Shown here in pieces: positions 1-9,683 of a stretch of 56,023 bases of DNA. Source of the DNA: a virus (taxonomy: Duplodnaviria > Caudoviricetes); the IMG/VR virus record IMGVR_UViG_3300037310_000607, positions 1 through 56,023 of that record; one strand, given 5' to 3'. Each line of letters opens with the position of its first letter. Positions within the stretch are counted from its first letter, which is position 1. The notes under the pieces are model-generated. The model saw nothing but the letters and a program-made list of their open reading frames with translations, searched no databases and was not told the origin of the DNA. The translations under genes and the position numbers were made by a program.

Positions 1-192
1 TCAGCCATCGTGCTTGCCCTTTCGCATGAGGACCTCGAACGCCTGACCCGGCCGGACCATGCGCCTCTTCTTCCGCGGCTTCGAGACGTAGGTGTCCTTC
101 ATCTCGTCCGACGGGAAGGGCGAGTGCTTGGTGAAGTTCTTGAGCGGTTCCCCCGGGGTGTGGAACTTCGTCCAGTTGGTCTCGGCGGGCAT
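1..192 (-). CDS. small basic hypothetical protein (virion gene block)
   Basis: 63-aa ORF directly after 196..729; its stop overlaps a probable next ATG at position 8 that runs off the window. Confidence 0.6.
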   Translation of the reverse strand: MPAETNWTKFHTPGEPLKNFTKHSPFPSDEMKDTYVSKPRKKRRMVRPGQAFEVLMRKGKHDG

Positions 193-195
193 GGC

Positions 196-729
196 TCAGT
201 AGGCCTTGCCGTACTTCTGCGCGTACCAGTCGGCCGCGGCGCTCTCTGCCGCATCGCGCGTGCTCGGGATCGCCATGTAGCCGCGAGCCTGGTTCATGCG
301 CTTCTTGGCGTAAGCCTGTTGAGCCGCGCGTTCTTCGGAGATTGTTCGCTGCCGTTCGGTTTCGGCCAGCTTCTCGGCGCGCTTCGCAGCCGCGCGGGAC
401 TCTCGGCCAGAGGTGATCCTCTCTCCAGCCTCAGCGCGCTCGATGTCGGCGCGTTCCCTGGCCAGGGCTCGTTCCTGCTTCGAGCGCTCCAGTTCCTCGG
501 CGCCCTTCTTCTTCTTCAGCTCGAACATCGAGGCGATCGTTGGATCGGCCATGAGCGCGGAGAACATCGAGCTGACCTGGCCCCCGCCTCCGGCGCCAGC
601 TCCGGCCGCGCCGCCGTAGCCGCCGGCCGCGCCTCCGCCGTAGCCATAGGTGCCACCGGGCGCGCTCCCGGTGTCGAAGGTCATGCGTCCGCCGCTTCCT
701 GCGGCGGTTCCACTGAGCGGGTAAGCCAT
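196..729 (-). CDS. putative internal virion/ejection protein
   Basis: Gly-rich N-terminus plus charged coiled coil; GGAGGGG RBS; position after nozzle genes. Confidence 0.55.
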   Translation of the reverse strand: MAYPLSGTAAGSGGRMTFDTGSAPGGTYGYGGGAAGGYGGAAGAGAGGGGQVSSMFSALMADPTIASMFELKKKKGAEELERSKQERALARERADIERAEAGERITSGRESRAAAKRAEKLAETERQRTISEERAAQQAYAKKRMNQARGYMAIPSTRDAAESAAADWYAQKYGKAY

Positions 730-743
730 CGTAGTCCCCTCCC

Positions 744-1529
744 TTAGAAGGACATGCTCACGGAGTTGAGCAGCGACGTCCAGAGCTGGTTCTGGGCGCT
801 CTGCCGATTCGTGTCGGCGTTATAGCGGCCCGTCTCCGCGTTGTAGCCTTCGAGGCCGACGCGGGCGGCATCGCGGCTCGCGGCGCCTCGGCCGAGGTAG
901 TAGTCCATCAGCGTCTTCTGCTGATCGAGGTTGTGGCGGCTCATGTCGAGCGCCATCTGCCCGCCGGCCGTGACGACGCCGAGGCCTTGCGTCATGTGAC
1001 CGAGCATCGCCTCGTCGCGCGCCCGAGCGGAGTCGGCCTGCGCTTTGTACTTCCCGCGCGCCAGCTCGGCACGCATCTTCTCTTCGTCGAAGGGCCGCCC
1101 CTCTGACGCCGCCTGCTGGCGCGCAGCGGAGACCTGACGCTCGATGTCGGCGTTCGTCTCCTCCATCGCGGCCGCCTGAGCTGCTGAGGCGCCCTTCTCG
1201 AATTCTCCGAGCTTGCCCTCGAACTTCTGCCGATAGGCCGTGACCTCGGCTGGAGCTTCCGCCTTCGTGCTGAGGCTCGTGATCTCGGGCGGCATGTAGA
1301 CGTTCGCCCCGCCCGGCAGAGCCGGACTCACTGGCACGCCGCCGCCACCGCCGCCGCCGCCGCCACCGAGGGGCGGGGCCGGAGTCGGGGCCGGAGCGGC
1401 GGCCGGCTTCGCCTGCCCGCCGATCGCGGCGCGCTGACCGCTCTTGACGCTGACTCCACCACCACTCGGCGAGCGGGTTGAGCCTCCGAACCCGCCGACG
1501 CTGCTGCCACTCGATCCGAAGCCTGCCAT
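744..1529 (-). CDS. putative internal virion/ejection (pilot-like) protein
   Basis: Gly/Ser/Pro-rich N-terminus, Ala/Gln helical C-terminus, AGGAG RBS; podovirus synteny. Confidence 0.55.
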   Translation of the reverse strand: MAGFGSSGSSVGGFGGSTRSPSGGGVSVKSGQRAAIGGQAKPAAAPAPTPAPPLGGGGGGGGGGVPVSPALPGGANVYMPPEITSLSTKAEAPAEVTAYRQKFEGKLGEFEKGASAAQAAAMEETNADIERQVSAARQQAASEGRPFDEEKMRAELARGKYKAQADSARARDEAMLGHMTQGLGVVTAGGQMALDMSRHNLDQQKTLMDYYLGRGAASRDAARVGLEGYNAETGRYNADTNRQSAQNQLWTSLLNSVSMSF

Positions 1530-1543
1530 GACGTGCAGCTCCT

Positions 1544-3673
1544 TTAGTTCACGATCTGCATGGTAATCCCAGACGGGTTATTTTCGGAAGGGTTGCTGTC
1601 GCCGTCGGTCACGTCGATCTGGATCGTGGACTCGTAGACGTTCGCTTCGACTTGCGTCCAGTCGAAGATGTACTCGGTGTCAGGCGAGGCGATCGTGTCG
1701 GTCACGACGGGGAAGCCGGTGGGGTTGCCGGTCTCGGAAACGATCGCGCTCACCACGTCGAAGTCGTAGACGAGTGGCGTGAGGGGCGAGACGACGACCT
1801 TCACCTGTCGGTCCAGATCCCCGCCTGGTGCGAATCCGACCTCGATGGTGAACTCTCCGGTCAGCGGGTCTGCCTCGACCTCGGTCCAATCGACGGCGAC
1901 CAGGAGCTTGTGGTAGAGGCGCAGCTCGAATCCCTGACGAACCTGGATCAGTGGCCGGAAAGCCGGGCCTGGCTTGTAGAGCCCGCCGTAGCCGCGATAC
2001 TTCATCCCGATCGGGGCGACGGCCTGGATCTCCAGCGTCATGCCGCGGCCAGAGACCTTCTCCGGCGTGAAGAAGTGGACGCTCTTCGCGGCCCAGGTCC
2101 CGAGGAACTGGTCGCCGCCGAGCGTGACCAGCTCCTCCTTCTCCGACGCCACGACAGGCGCCGTCCAGAAGTAGACGCCGTTGTCCGGCCTGATCTGGCG
2201 CCAGGCATCCTCGTCCCCGCCGAGCAGGTACAGCGTCCAAGCGTTCAGCTCCGACTCGACGTAGGCCCAGAGGTTCGTGATCGTCTTGCCGCCCTCGATG
2301 TCGTCGCCGGGATCGAAGAAGAGCGCGTGGCCGTGACGGATCACCAGGCGCTTCTGCACCGTGTCGCCGTCGTCGTCCCCATCGGCCTCGTCGTGGCGCC
2401 GGATCTTCCCGTCGCACGAGCCCACGAGGAGATTGCCGTCCTCGTCGAAGAGGATCGAGCTGTCACGCCGGCCCTTCAGATCGAGAGACCAGTCCGGCTG
2501 ATCGTTCGTCCCGCCCATCGTCCGCTCGAACAGCTCGTAGGATCCGACGTAGTCCACGGTGCCTACGTCGGCGATCCCCTCGAAGAGCTGCGCCGGATCG
2601 CGTGGCGTCTTGAAGACGTAGACCTTGTTCACGATGTCGTCGGCGGCGAAGCCCTGGGAGAATGCACCCTTGTTCGCGAGGTAGTCGTCGCGCCAGTAGG
2701 GGCGCATGTCCTTCATCGCGTAGTAGAAGGACCCGTCGTAGAGCCAGACGCCGTCCTCGGCCGGGAACCAGAGCTTGTTGTGGATCTCGACGATCCCCCA
2801 GTGCGACACGCACCCCACGCTCGAATCGAGGCGCTGGAGCACCCAGTCGTCATCCACGTTGTTCTGGTCGAAGGCGCGCACCAGGAGCGTCGAGCGCCGG
2901 CAAAAGACGATCAGCTCGTTCTTGCCCTTCGCGATCCCAGTGATCGCAGCCCGGTCGGGCGTGTCGCGATAGGACAGCTCACCGACGTACTGCGGATTGC
3001 CGGGCTCGCTCGCCCAGAGCCGGTAGGGGTGCTCGGTCGTTCGCGCGTACCAGCCGCGGCCCGCGAACTCGACGCCGAAGTAGAGGCCAGACGGCGGCTG
3101 CCCGTGATCGACCGGCCCGACGTCCAGCAGATAGGTGAGGCGCGTGTTCTCGAAGAAGCTCGTGATGCCGTAGGGCGCTTCCCATGCCATGCGGTAGTCG
3201 CTGCCGTTCATCGAGCGGTAGCCGCGCACGTGCGTCACGCGCATATCTGCGCCCTCGTCCTGGATGTTGCTCCAGACGAAGCCCTGCCCCGTGATCCCTT
3301 CGAGCGTCACGTAGTTCGACGGGTCGCTCTCGGCGAGAATCAGATCTCCCTGCTTGTGCAGGAAGGTCGTGTACATGACGGCGTTGCCCTCGTCGCCGCC
3401 GCTGCCGCTCCCGAGTGCGACCGTGAGCCGTTTCGTCGGCGCCTTGATGCCGGCGACCAGGTAGCGCTGGTCCTGCTTCGGCCGATAGACGACCTTCGAG
3501 TAGCACCCGACCAGGTAGGTGTCGCCGCGGAAGGTGAAGATCGAGGGCCGCCGGCCGGTCGAGATCACGCCCTGCGCGCTCCAGTAGTCGGCGGCGAACG
3601 TGGCGCCTGGACCGAGGATGTCGGTCAGCCACTTGTTGCCGACGCGGCGCGAAAGTGTGAAACCGAGAGCCAT
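1544..3673 (-). CDS. tail nozzle/stabilisation protein (tail tubular B / P22 gp10-like), C-terminal portion
   Basis: beta-propeller-like motifs RLWASEPGNP, ITGIAKGKNELIVF, GCVSHWGIVE, GVWLYDG; synteny. Confidence 0.65.
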   Translation of the reverse strand: MALGFTLSRRVGNKWLTDILGPGATFAADYWSAQGVISTGRRPSIFTFRGDTYLVGCYSKVVYRPKQDQRYLVAGIKAPTKRLTVALGSGSGGDEGNAVMYTTFLHKQGDLILAESDPSNYVTLEGITGQGFVWSNIQDEGADMRVTHVRGYRSMNGSDYRMAWEAPYGITSFFENTRLTYLLDVGPVDHGQPPSGLYFGVEFAGRGWYARTTEHPYRLWASEPGNPQYVGELSYRDTPDRAAITGIAKGKNELIVFCRRSTLLVRAFDQNNVDDDWVLQRLDSSVGCVSHWGIVEIHNKLWFPAEDGVWLYDGSFYYAMKDMRPYWRDDYLANKGAFSQGFAADDIVNKVYVFKTPRDPAQLFEGIADVGTVDYVGSYELFERTMGGTNDQPDWSLDLKGRRDSSILFDEDGNLLVGSCDGKIRRHDEADGDDDGDTVQKRLVIRHGHALFFDPGDDIEGGKTITNLWAYVESELNAWTLYLLGGDEDAWRQIRPDNGVYFWTAPVVASEKEELVTLGGDQFLGTWAAKSVHFFTPEKVSGRGMTLEIQAVAPIGMKYRGYGGLYKPGPAFRPLIQVRQGFELRLYHKLLVAVDWTEVEADPLTGEFTIEVGFAPGGDLDRQVKVVVSPLTPLVYDFDVVSAIVSETGNPTGFPVVTDTIASPDTEYIFDWTQVEANVYESTIQIDVTDGDSNPSENNPSGITMQIVN

Positions 3674-3966
3674 CAGAGGAAGACCACGTCCTGTGGACAG
3701 AGGGTCTCTTCGTCGAGGATGCCGAACGCGACGACGCCGCCTGGGTAGGAGAACGTGGCGATCCTGGGTCGCTCATCCAGCAGAGGCCCGGGATCCCAGT
3801 GCTCAGGCCCAGCGCTGGCGAATACAATCGAGCCAGCGAACGGTTTCCAGAAGCCGAAGTCCGAGTCGTAGTCCTGGAACCAGTGGATCTGCCCTCCGGC
3901 GAAGTCTCCGTCGAAGTCGTCGGCCTCGATGTCGCTCCAGCCGATCGCGTTGTAGCTCACAGCCAT
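3673..3966 (-). CDS. hypothetical virion protein (possible middle fragment of nozzle)
   Basis: 97 aa, TGATG-coupled to the next gene, beta-rich. Confidence 0.55.
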   Translation of the reverse strand: MAVSYNAIGWSDIEADDFDGDFAGGQIHWFQDYDSDFGFWKPFAGSIVFASAGPEHWDPGPLLDERPRIATFSYPGGVVAFGILDEETLCPQDVVFL

Positions 3967-3970
3967 TCGC

Positions 3971-5263
3971 TTACCCCACCGTCACGAACCAGAGGATACC
4001 GCCAAGGAGCGCAGCCCTGATCGGATAGCTGCCAACGTTGGGCAGGCCGACGTTGTACTCCCAGAAGATGTGCGGCGGGCCAGAGCTGCCGATCGGGCCA
4101 GCGTTGCCGCCGCCGCCCCATCGCATCGCGCACGGCGCCTGACCGCTCAGCGGGACAAAGCCCTGCAACCGTCCGAGGCGCATCCCGTAGAAGACGACGT
4201 AACCCTGGGCCTCGACCACGCCGAGACACAGGAAATAGCCCGGATCGACGTCGCCCTGCGTAGCGTCCGGCCACGCCGAGTGGATCCAGGGCTGGGTCAC
4301 GTCCTCGTGGTAGGCGAAGCCGCTCTCGGTGCTCCCGATCGCGACGATGCCGCGCTCGAAGTAGGTGAAGACACGCACGTTCGAGATCGGCACCGGGACC
4401 GTGGCGAAGTCGAACACGGTCTCCAGCATCGTCCCGTCATAGCGCAGGACCTTGCCGTCCGCCGTCCCGATGTAGATGACGGAAAGCGTCTCCGGGTCTC
4501 CGGTGATCGGATTGTCGCGTCGCTCCTGGCGGACGCACATCGAGTGGATATAGGCGCGGCCGGCGACGCCACCGTTTGCCGGAGCGGCGCCATCGTCGAG
4601 CGGCCAGTCCTCTTTCACGACGACGAGCCTGGAGGTGGACAGCTCGTCCGGCTCGTCAGGATCGACCGTCAGCAGGTAGAGCGAGTGGTTCCGAAAGTCG
4701 GGGTCCCCGTTCGTTGCCGGCTCCCAGATCGGCACGATGGTCTGGCTCTTCCAACGCAGGAAAGCCTGAAACGGGCCGATCGTGTAGAACGGCGGCGCAG
4801 GTAGGCCGAATGGCGGAGCCGAGCCTAGGTAGAGCATCCCGCCGCTCTCTTCCATCCGAGGCGCCTGGCCGTAATACTCCCCGTTGATCGCGAACTGCCA
4901 TTCCTTCGAGAACGGATCGGCCTGGGAGTTGAACTGAGCGACCGCCAGACCAACGACCACGGGCGGAAGGTCGATGGTCCCGAATGTCTGCGGATAGCAC
5001 GTGCCGCCGATCGCCTGGTTGAAGAGGTTCCACATGCCGGTGATGCACCCCTCGGCGCCGACATCCTGGAAAAGCGTGAGACCGGGGCGGGACGACATTT
5101 CGCCCTCGCCCGTGCGAGCGTTGATGAGCAGGTGGAACTGGGTCGGCGGGATCGAGGCCGGGTCCCCGCGCCGGAACATGCCGCGGAACGGCGGCATCTG
5201 GGCTGCGACGGGCCGAAACTCGAAGGGCTTGAGCGCCTCGCCCGCGTTGCGCTTCGCAGGCAT
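3971..5263 (-). CDS. tail nozzle-like protein, N-terminal portion
   Basis: N-terminal FRGM..GDP..IP......IN.......SRPG pattern typical of gp10/tubular-B N-termini; follows adaptor gene. Confidence 0.55.
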   Translation of the reverse strand: MPAKRNAGEALKPFEFRPVAAQMPPFRGMFRRGDPASIPPTQFHLLINARTGEGEMSSRPGLTLFQDVGAEGCITGMWNLFNQAIGGTCYPQTFGTIDLPPVVVGLAVAQFNSQADPFSKEWQFAINGEYYGQAPRMEESGGMLYLGSAPPFGLPAPPFYTIGPFQAFLRWKSQTIVPIWEPATNGDPDFRNHSLYLLTVDPDEPDELSTSRLVVVKEDWPLDDGAAPANGGVAGRAYIHSMCVRQERRDNPITGDPETLSVIYIGTADGKVLRYDGTMLETVFDFATVPVPISNVRVFTYFERGIVAIGSTESGFAYHEDVTQPWIHSAWPDATQGDVDPGYFLCLGVVEAQGYVVFYGMRLGRLQGFVPLSGQAPCAMRWGGGGNAGPIGSSGPPHIFWEYNVGLPNVGSYPIRAALLGGILWFVTVG

Positions 5264-5961
5264 CAGCGGCCGAAGAAGCTCGGGAGCTGGCGCATGGTGC
5301 CCTGGAAGCGTCTGGACTCGGCCTTCATCCAGTCGATGCCCTTCTCGAACTTCGCCTCGTCCTCCTGCGCGCGGTTGTCGCCCTTCGAGCGGCGCGCGAG
5401 ATAGCGGACCCCAGGGACGAGCACGGTCTGGTGGTAGCGCTCCGGGATCCTCCGCAGGTTCTCGACGTTCGCCGCCTCGTCGAGAGTCGGCGGCAGCACG
5501 TGGTACTGGATCGTGAAGATCAGCTCGCGGCTGGAAATCGGGATCTGCACCAGCTCGCGGAACGTCGGCGTCGGCCCGGTCTCGTCCACTCCGAAGATCG
5601 AGAAGACCCAGGGAAGGTCCTGCTTCGCGTCACGCTGGCGGATGATGTTGATCTCGTGCTCCGGCCTCCATTCGAGCTTGCCTCCGCCGTTCGAGAGGGA
5701 GTGGTAGAGGCCACCGTAGTCGCCGAGCTTCGAGTAGTCGGCTGGCACGGGACCCCATCCCTGGAGCGCAGGGACCGTGACCGTGCCGCCGCCAGACTTG
5801 CGGGTGAACGGCCAGTCGCGGCGAAACCAGACCTCGTTGAAGGTCTCGACCACGTACTCCAGGATGCGGATGCGCCGATCCGCATTCTCGGAGTCGGAGG
5901 CGCCGATGTTGTCGGTGTGGCTGAGGATCTGGTCGATCAGCTCAGTGACGTTCATCGGCAC
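5263..5961 (-). CDS. head-tail adaptor / tail tubular protein A-like
   Basis: MNVTELIDQI start, RRDWPFTRK and IPERYHQTVLV motifs; synteny. Confidence 0.7.
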   Translation of the reverse strand: MPMNVTELIDQILSHTDNIGASDSENADRRIRILEYVVETFNEVWFRRDWPFTRKSGGGTVTVPALQGWGPVPADYSKLGDYGGLYHSLSNGGGKLEWRPEHEINIIRQRDAKQDLPWVFSIFGVDETGPTPTFRELVQIPISSRELIFTIQYHVLPPTLDEAANVENLRRIPERYHQTVLVPGVRYLARRSKGDNRAQEDEAKFEKGIDWMKAESRRFQGTMRQLPSFFGR

Positions 5962-5973
5962 CCCCTCACGGCA

Positions 5974-6765
5974 TCACGCGCTCGCGCGCGCCTCCTCGTA
6001 CTTCGACGCGATCCGGTCGAGCATCTCCTGGCGGCCCTCGCCCTTCAAGAGCGAGATCATCTCGCCCTTGGTGAGCGAGATCCCGGCGGCCTCCGCCTGG
6101 GCGAAGATGTCCTCCGCCGTCAGCTCCGCCACGGGCTTGTCGTGGAACATCTGCTTCGGCGGCTCGGGCGCAGCCGGCGGCGGCGGCAGCTTCACGCCGC
6201 CGAGAGCCGCCTTGATAGCGCTCTCGCTCACGGCCGGACGCCGCGCCTCCGCGGTCTCCAGGTGCTTGATCGCCCAGAGTACGCGGTGTTCGGACGAGCT
6301 GGGCGGCGGCGGCACGCCCTTCTCCTCCCACTTCTTGCGCCTGGCCAGCTCGCTCTGGAGCGTCTCGCGCGCGAGGTTGTCCTGGCTCTTGTCGTAGCGC
6401 GGCCGGCCCTCGGCCATCGCGGCGGCGACGTCCTCCGGGTCCATCACGATCGAGAAGCCCTGGGCGATCAGCTCGGTTCGGTTCTCCTCGATCCAGGTGC
6501 AGGCCTCCATTGCGTCGAAGACCTTGCGGTAGCCGCCGCTCTGGAGAGTGACGATCTGGTCCTTCAGCACGATCGTCCCGGGCAGCGGAACGCCCCTGAG
6601 CTTCGCCGACTCGAACTGGTATGGCGAGCCCAGCCCCACCTCGGCGACGACGTCGTGAGGCGGCATCGACAGCGTGTGGCCGTCGTAGCCGACCTGCTTG
6701 ATCTCGTCACCTGGCCACACGAGGATGAACTCCTGGAGCTTGCGGAACAGCTTCGGAAGAGGCAT
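5974..6765 (-). CDS. hypothetical protein (head gene block)
   Basis: 263-aa ORF, AGGAG RBS, GC3-rich codons. Confidence 0.7.
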   Translation of the reverse strand: MPLPKLFRKLQEFILVWPGDEIKQVGYDGHTLSMPPHDVVAEVGLGSPYQFESAKLRGVPLPGTIVLKDQIVTLQSGGYRKVFDAMEACTWIEENRTELIAQGFSIVMDPEDVAAAMAEGRPRYDKSQDNLARETLQSELARRKKWEEKGVPPPPSSSEHRVLWAIKHLETAEARRPAVSESAIKAALGGVKLPPPPAAPEPPKQMFHDKPVAELTAEDIFAQAEAAGISLTKGEMISLLKGEGRQEMLDRIASKYEEARASA

Positions 6766-6771
6766 GGTGCG

Positions 6772-7476
6772 TCACTCCTTGGGCGGGGGCGACCCGCTTG
6801 TGATCCCGGCGAGGGGGGCGACCCCCCGCACGTGTACGAACGGCTTCGGCTGTCGCAGCCCAGCCGCCCTGACGCCGATCCGCTGCGCTACAACGTAGCG
6901 CTCCCAGTCGGCGCGCGAAAGCGTGGCTGCCTTCCGCATGAGGTACGGCTCGATCTGCTTCCGCCGGTAGTCTAGCTCCTCGCGGTGCTTCCTGCGAAGC
7001 TCCTCGTAGCGCTGCTTCTTCCGCTCGATGAGCTGGTCGTAGTGGCGCACCGTCAGGTAGCCGAACTTCGAGCGTGTGTAGTAGTACGCCGCCCAGCCGA
7101 AGGCCTGGTAGGCTCCGGGGCCGCCCGGGGCGACCGGCGCTCCCTCGAAGAAGCATTCCAGGAAATTCGGCCGACGGTGCTCCGCCCCCTGCGGCATTCG
7201 CACGTAGAAGCCGGTGCGCTTCCACTGCGGCGCGGTCGAGATGCGTGCGATGCCGGCATGAGCGAACGGGCGAGGCTCGACGAAGCCGGGGACCCTCCAG
7301 AGCTGGATGCGCCAGATCGGGAGGACCCCCGGATCGAACTCGTGGATCGCTGCGAGAGCGACTGGATCGTAGGCGCAGCCTGGCGGCGGGACGCACGTGT
7401 AGTAGTCGCCCCCCACCTGCTCCCAGCGTCCGGCCGGGAGCGGCGGCGTCTCGGAGACCCAGTCGCTCCAGCTCAC
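6772..7476 (-). CDS. hypothetical protein
   Basis: probable GTG start overlapping the stop of 7473..8297; the upstream part of the 519-aa track ORF is a shadow frame. Confidence 0.6.
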   Translation of the reverse strand: MSWSDWVSETPPLPAGRWEQVGGDYYTCVPPPGCAYDPVALAAIHEFDPGVLPIWRIQLWRVPGFVEPRPFAHAGIARISTAPQWKRTGFYVRMPQGAEHRRPNFLECFFEGAPVAPGGPGAYQAFGWAAYYYTRSKFGYLTVRHYDQLIERKKQRYEELRRKHREELDYRRKQIEPYLMRKAATLSRADWERYVVAQRIGVRAAGLRQPKPFVHVRGVAPLAGITSGSPPPKE

Positions 7477-8297
7477 TTCTTGCCGATCTGCGAGAGACGC
7501 CCGACCTCGAAGTCGGTCAGGTTGAACGTCGTCAGGTCCGCGGCCTCGATGAAGTAGATGAACGGCACCACGACCTCGGCGTCGTCGAACTGGTACTCCG
7601 GGGCCGTCTGGATCTCGCGGCCGTCGAAGTACAGCTTGACCTTGCCGTTGCCGTAGAGCACCGCGAGGAACTCGTGCTCCTCGCCGTCGGCCCAGTCGTA
7701 GCCGCTGTCCACGCTGACGGTAGCCGCGTTGTTCAGGATGCTCTCGCGGAAGACGTTCCCCGAGATCACGTTGACCGCGGCCAGCTCGTCGTAGTCGTCG
7801 ATCGCCGCCTGCGGCGCCTCGGCCTTGCGGAAGCCGACCGCGAAGTCGTCCGTGCCGGAGACGTCCTGGAGCACGCCGCGCAGGCGGATGAAGACGCCGT
7901 CCGGGGGGTTCAGGCCCGCGGTGCGCTCGACGACCGTGCGCCACGCACCGAGCAGCCCGCCCGGAACGTAGTTCACGCCGTCGTCGTCGGTCAGGTCCAG
8001 GTTGAGGAAGAGCCCGGCCGCGTCGGCGATCGGACCCAGGACGGCGGCCGCGGCGATCGGCGTGTAGTGCAGCGGCAGTCCGTTCGGCAGCAGCGCCACG
8101 TGCTCGACCGCATCGGCACCGGACGCGAAGCCGGTGTTGTCCGCCAGGAAGAGCCGCGGCTGGCCCGCGCCCTGATAGCGCAGGTACTCGCCGGAGAGCA
8201 CGTCGGGGTGGATGCGGTCCCCGCGCACGCCCTCCTGCTTGATCGACAGGCTGGTGATCCCGCCTCGGCGGGTGCGTCGTGTCCCTACGGATGCCAT
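7473..8297 (-). CDS. capsid-associated/decoration protein (beta-sandwich-like)
   Basis: directly after MCP, AAGGAG RBS, beta-rich with KLYFDG motif. Confidence 0.55.
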   Translation of the reverse strand: MASVGTRRTRRGGITSLSIKQEGVRGDRIHPDVLSGEYLRYQGAGQPRLFLADNTGFASGADAVEHVALLPNGLPLHYTPIAAAAVLGPIADAAGLFLNLDLTDDDGVNYVPGGLLGAWRTVVERTAGLNPPDGVFIRLRGVLQDVSGTDDFAVGFRKAEAPQAAIDDYDELAAVNVISGNVFRESILNNAATVSVDSGYDWADGEEHEFLAVLYGNGKVKLYFDGREIQTAPEYQFDDAEVVVPFIYFIEAADLTTFNLTDFEVGRLSQIGKK

Positions 8298-8333
8298 CGT
8301 CCTCTTCTCCTTTCAGGGGGTTCCCCCCCAAGT

Positions 8334-8359
8334 CCCGGGGGGCGATGGGGCCCCCCGGG
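8334..8359 (-). terminator. GC-rich hairpin after the capsid gene (partial terminator or mRNA stabiliser)
   Basis: 10-bp perfect stem CCCGGGGGGC/GCCCCCCGGG with 6-nt loop; no clear U-tract. Confidence 0.4.
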
Positions 8360-8382
8360 GGATCGGTGTCAGCGAGCGGCGG

Positions 8383-9654
8383 TTAGTCGCCGCAGATGGG
8401 GTCGTTCAGGTCGGCGAGCTTCACGTTGGCGCGCGGCATCGTGTTGATCTGGTTCTCGACGGACCCGACGTAGGCCAGGAAGCCGCCGTCGTGCCCGCCG
8501 TCGCTCGGGACCATCTTGAGCAGCGAGTCGTCGTCGATCCAGTCCAGGCCCATCGCCTCGTAGAGCCCGAACGTCTCCCACGTCAGGAAGAAGATCGCCC
8601 GCGGCTCGATGTCGAAGTCCACCTCCAGGCGGACGTTGACGCCGGGCGCGAGGATCTGGAGCGACTCCTCGTCGTAGCCGACCGTGTACTTCGGAGCGGA
8701 GCCCTGCGGCCCCATGTAGCGGCGCTCGGCCTGGATCATCTCGACGTACTTGCGGGCCTGGCCGCTGTTGCAGAGCGCCCGGGTGATGCGCTTCCCGGTC
8801 TCACGCCGCGGCTTGTCGATCGCCGCGAGGATCACCTGCTCGTCCACGTCGCGCATCCCCGAAGGCCCGTACTCGACGAAGGCCTTCAGCTCCGGGTACG
8901 TCGTCCGGGACTGCCCGAAGATCGAGGCGGCGTAGGTGCCGTCGTCCACGATCATGGGCAGCGTCCAGAAGTTGCGCCCGAAGGTGTTGGTGACGTAGAC
9001 GCCGTCGCCCGCCACGATCGCCGCGGTGTCGTCGCCCTCGTAGACGAACGACCCGGCGGTGCGGTCGATCGACAGGATCTTCCGGTTCGTCGAGTCCGCC
9101 TCGGCGAGATCCTGCCGCACCGCGCCCGCGGGGGACAGGATGTCCACGCGCATGTTGCGGTTCAGCAGCTCGGTCATGAGCGGCTTGTTCACGACCAGGG
9201 TGTTCGAGCCGCTGTTCGCGAAGACCTGCGCGAGCTTGCCCTTGTTGGAGCCCGCGTAGACCTTGTTGATGTACTTGCCCAGGTCGGCGACGGTCGCCTC
9301 GACGCGATCCGCCATGATGCCGCCGTTGTTGAAGGTCCCGACCTTGCTCTTGGCCGCGACCTTCGTCTTGATGCCGATCTGGAAGGAGCCCACGAACAGC
9401 TCCGGCGTGACCTCGCCCTGCACGCGCGCGGGGTCGATCGGCGTGGGCATCGGGCCGAGATCCGCGATGGCCCCGACGTTCCACGCGCTCGCCAGGCCGA
9501 GCGGGAACTTCGCGATCCCCTCGCTCATCTTGAGGTTCACGCGCTGGAGGCTCTTGCGGTACGGCGCCTCCTTGTTGACCGGGTCCTCGAAGGTGCCCGG
9601 CGGGTAAGCGTTCTTCAGCTCGGTGCTGATGTCCTCGATTGCGCCTGTGGCCAT
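8383..9654 (-). CDS. major capsid protein
   Basis: 423 aa after scaffold; N-terminal ELKNAYP and C-terminal PRANVKLADL patterns typical of HK97-fold coats; strong codon bias. Confidence 0.8.
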   Translation of the reverse strand: MATGAIEDISTELKNAYPPGTFEDPVNKEAPYRKSLQRVNLKMSEGIAKFPLGLASAWNVGAIADLGPMPTPIDPARVQGEVTPELFVGSFQIGIKTKVAAKSKVGTFNNGGIMADRVEATVADLGKYINKVYAGSNKGKLAQVFANSGSNTLVVNKPLMTELLNRNMRVDILSPAGAVRQDLAEADSTNRKILSIDRTAGSFVYEGDDTAAIVAGDGVYVTNTFGRNFWTLPMIVDDGTYAASIFGQSRTTYPELKAFVEYGPSGMRDVDEQVILAAIDKPRRETGKRITRALCNSGQARKYVEMIQAERRYMGPQGSAPKYTVGYDEESLQILAPGVNVRLEVDFDIEPRAIFFLTWETFGLYEAMGLDWIDDDSLLKMVPSDGGHDGGFLAYVGSVENQINTMPRANVKLADLNDPICGD

Positions 9655-9683
9655 GTGGCCCTCTCTTCAGTGTGCAGCCGACC

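Noticed and set aside
1-192. C-terminal GQAFEVLMRK as a fifth copy of the TKxAGxALM motif
   Set aside because: Only A...LMR matches; too weak to claim
6772-8331. 519-aa ORF overlapping 7473..8297
   Set aside because: The first 285 codons are Arg/Gly-rich off-frame sequence; the real gene probably starts at GTG 7476
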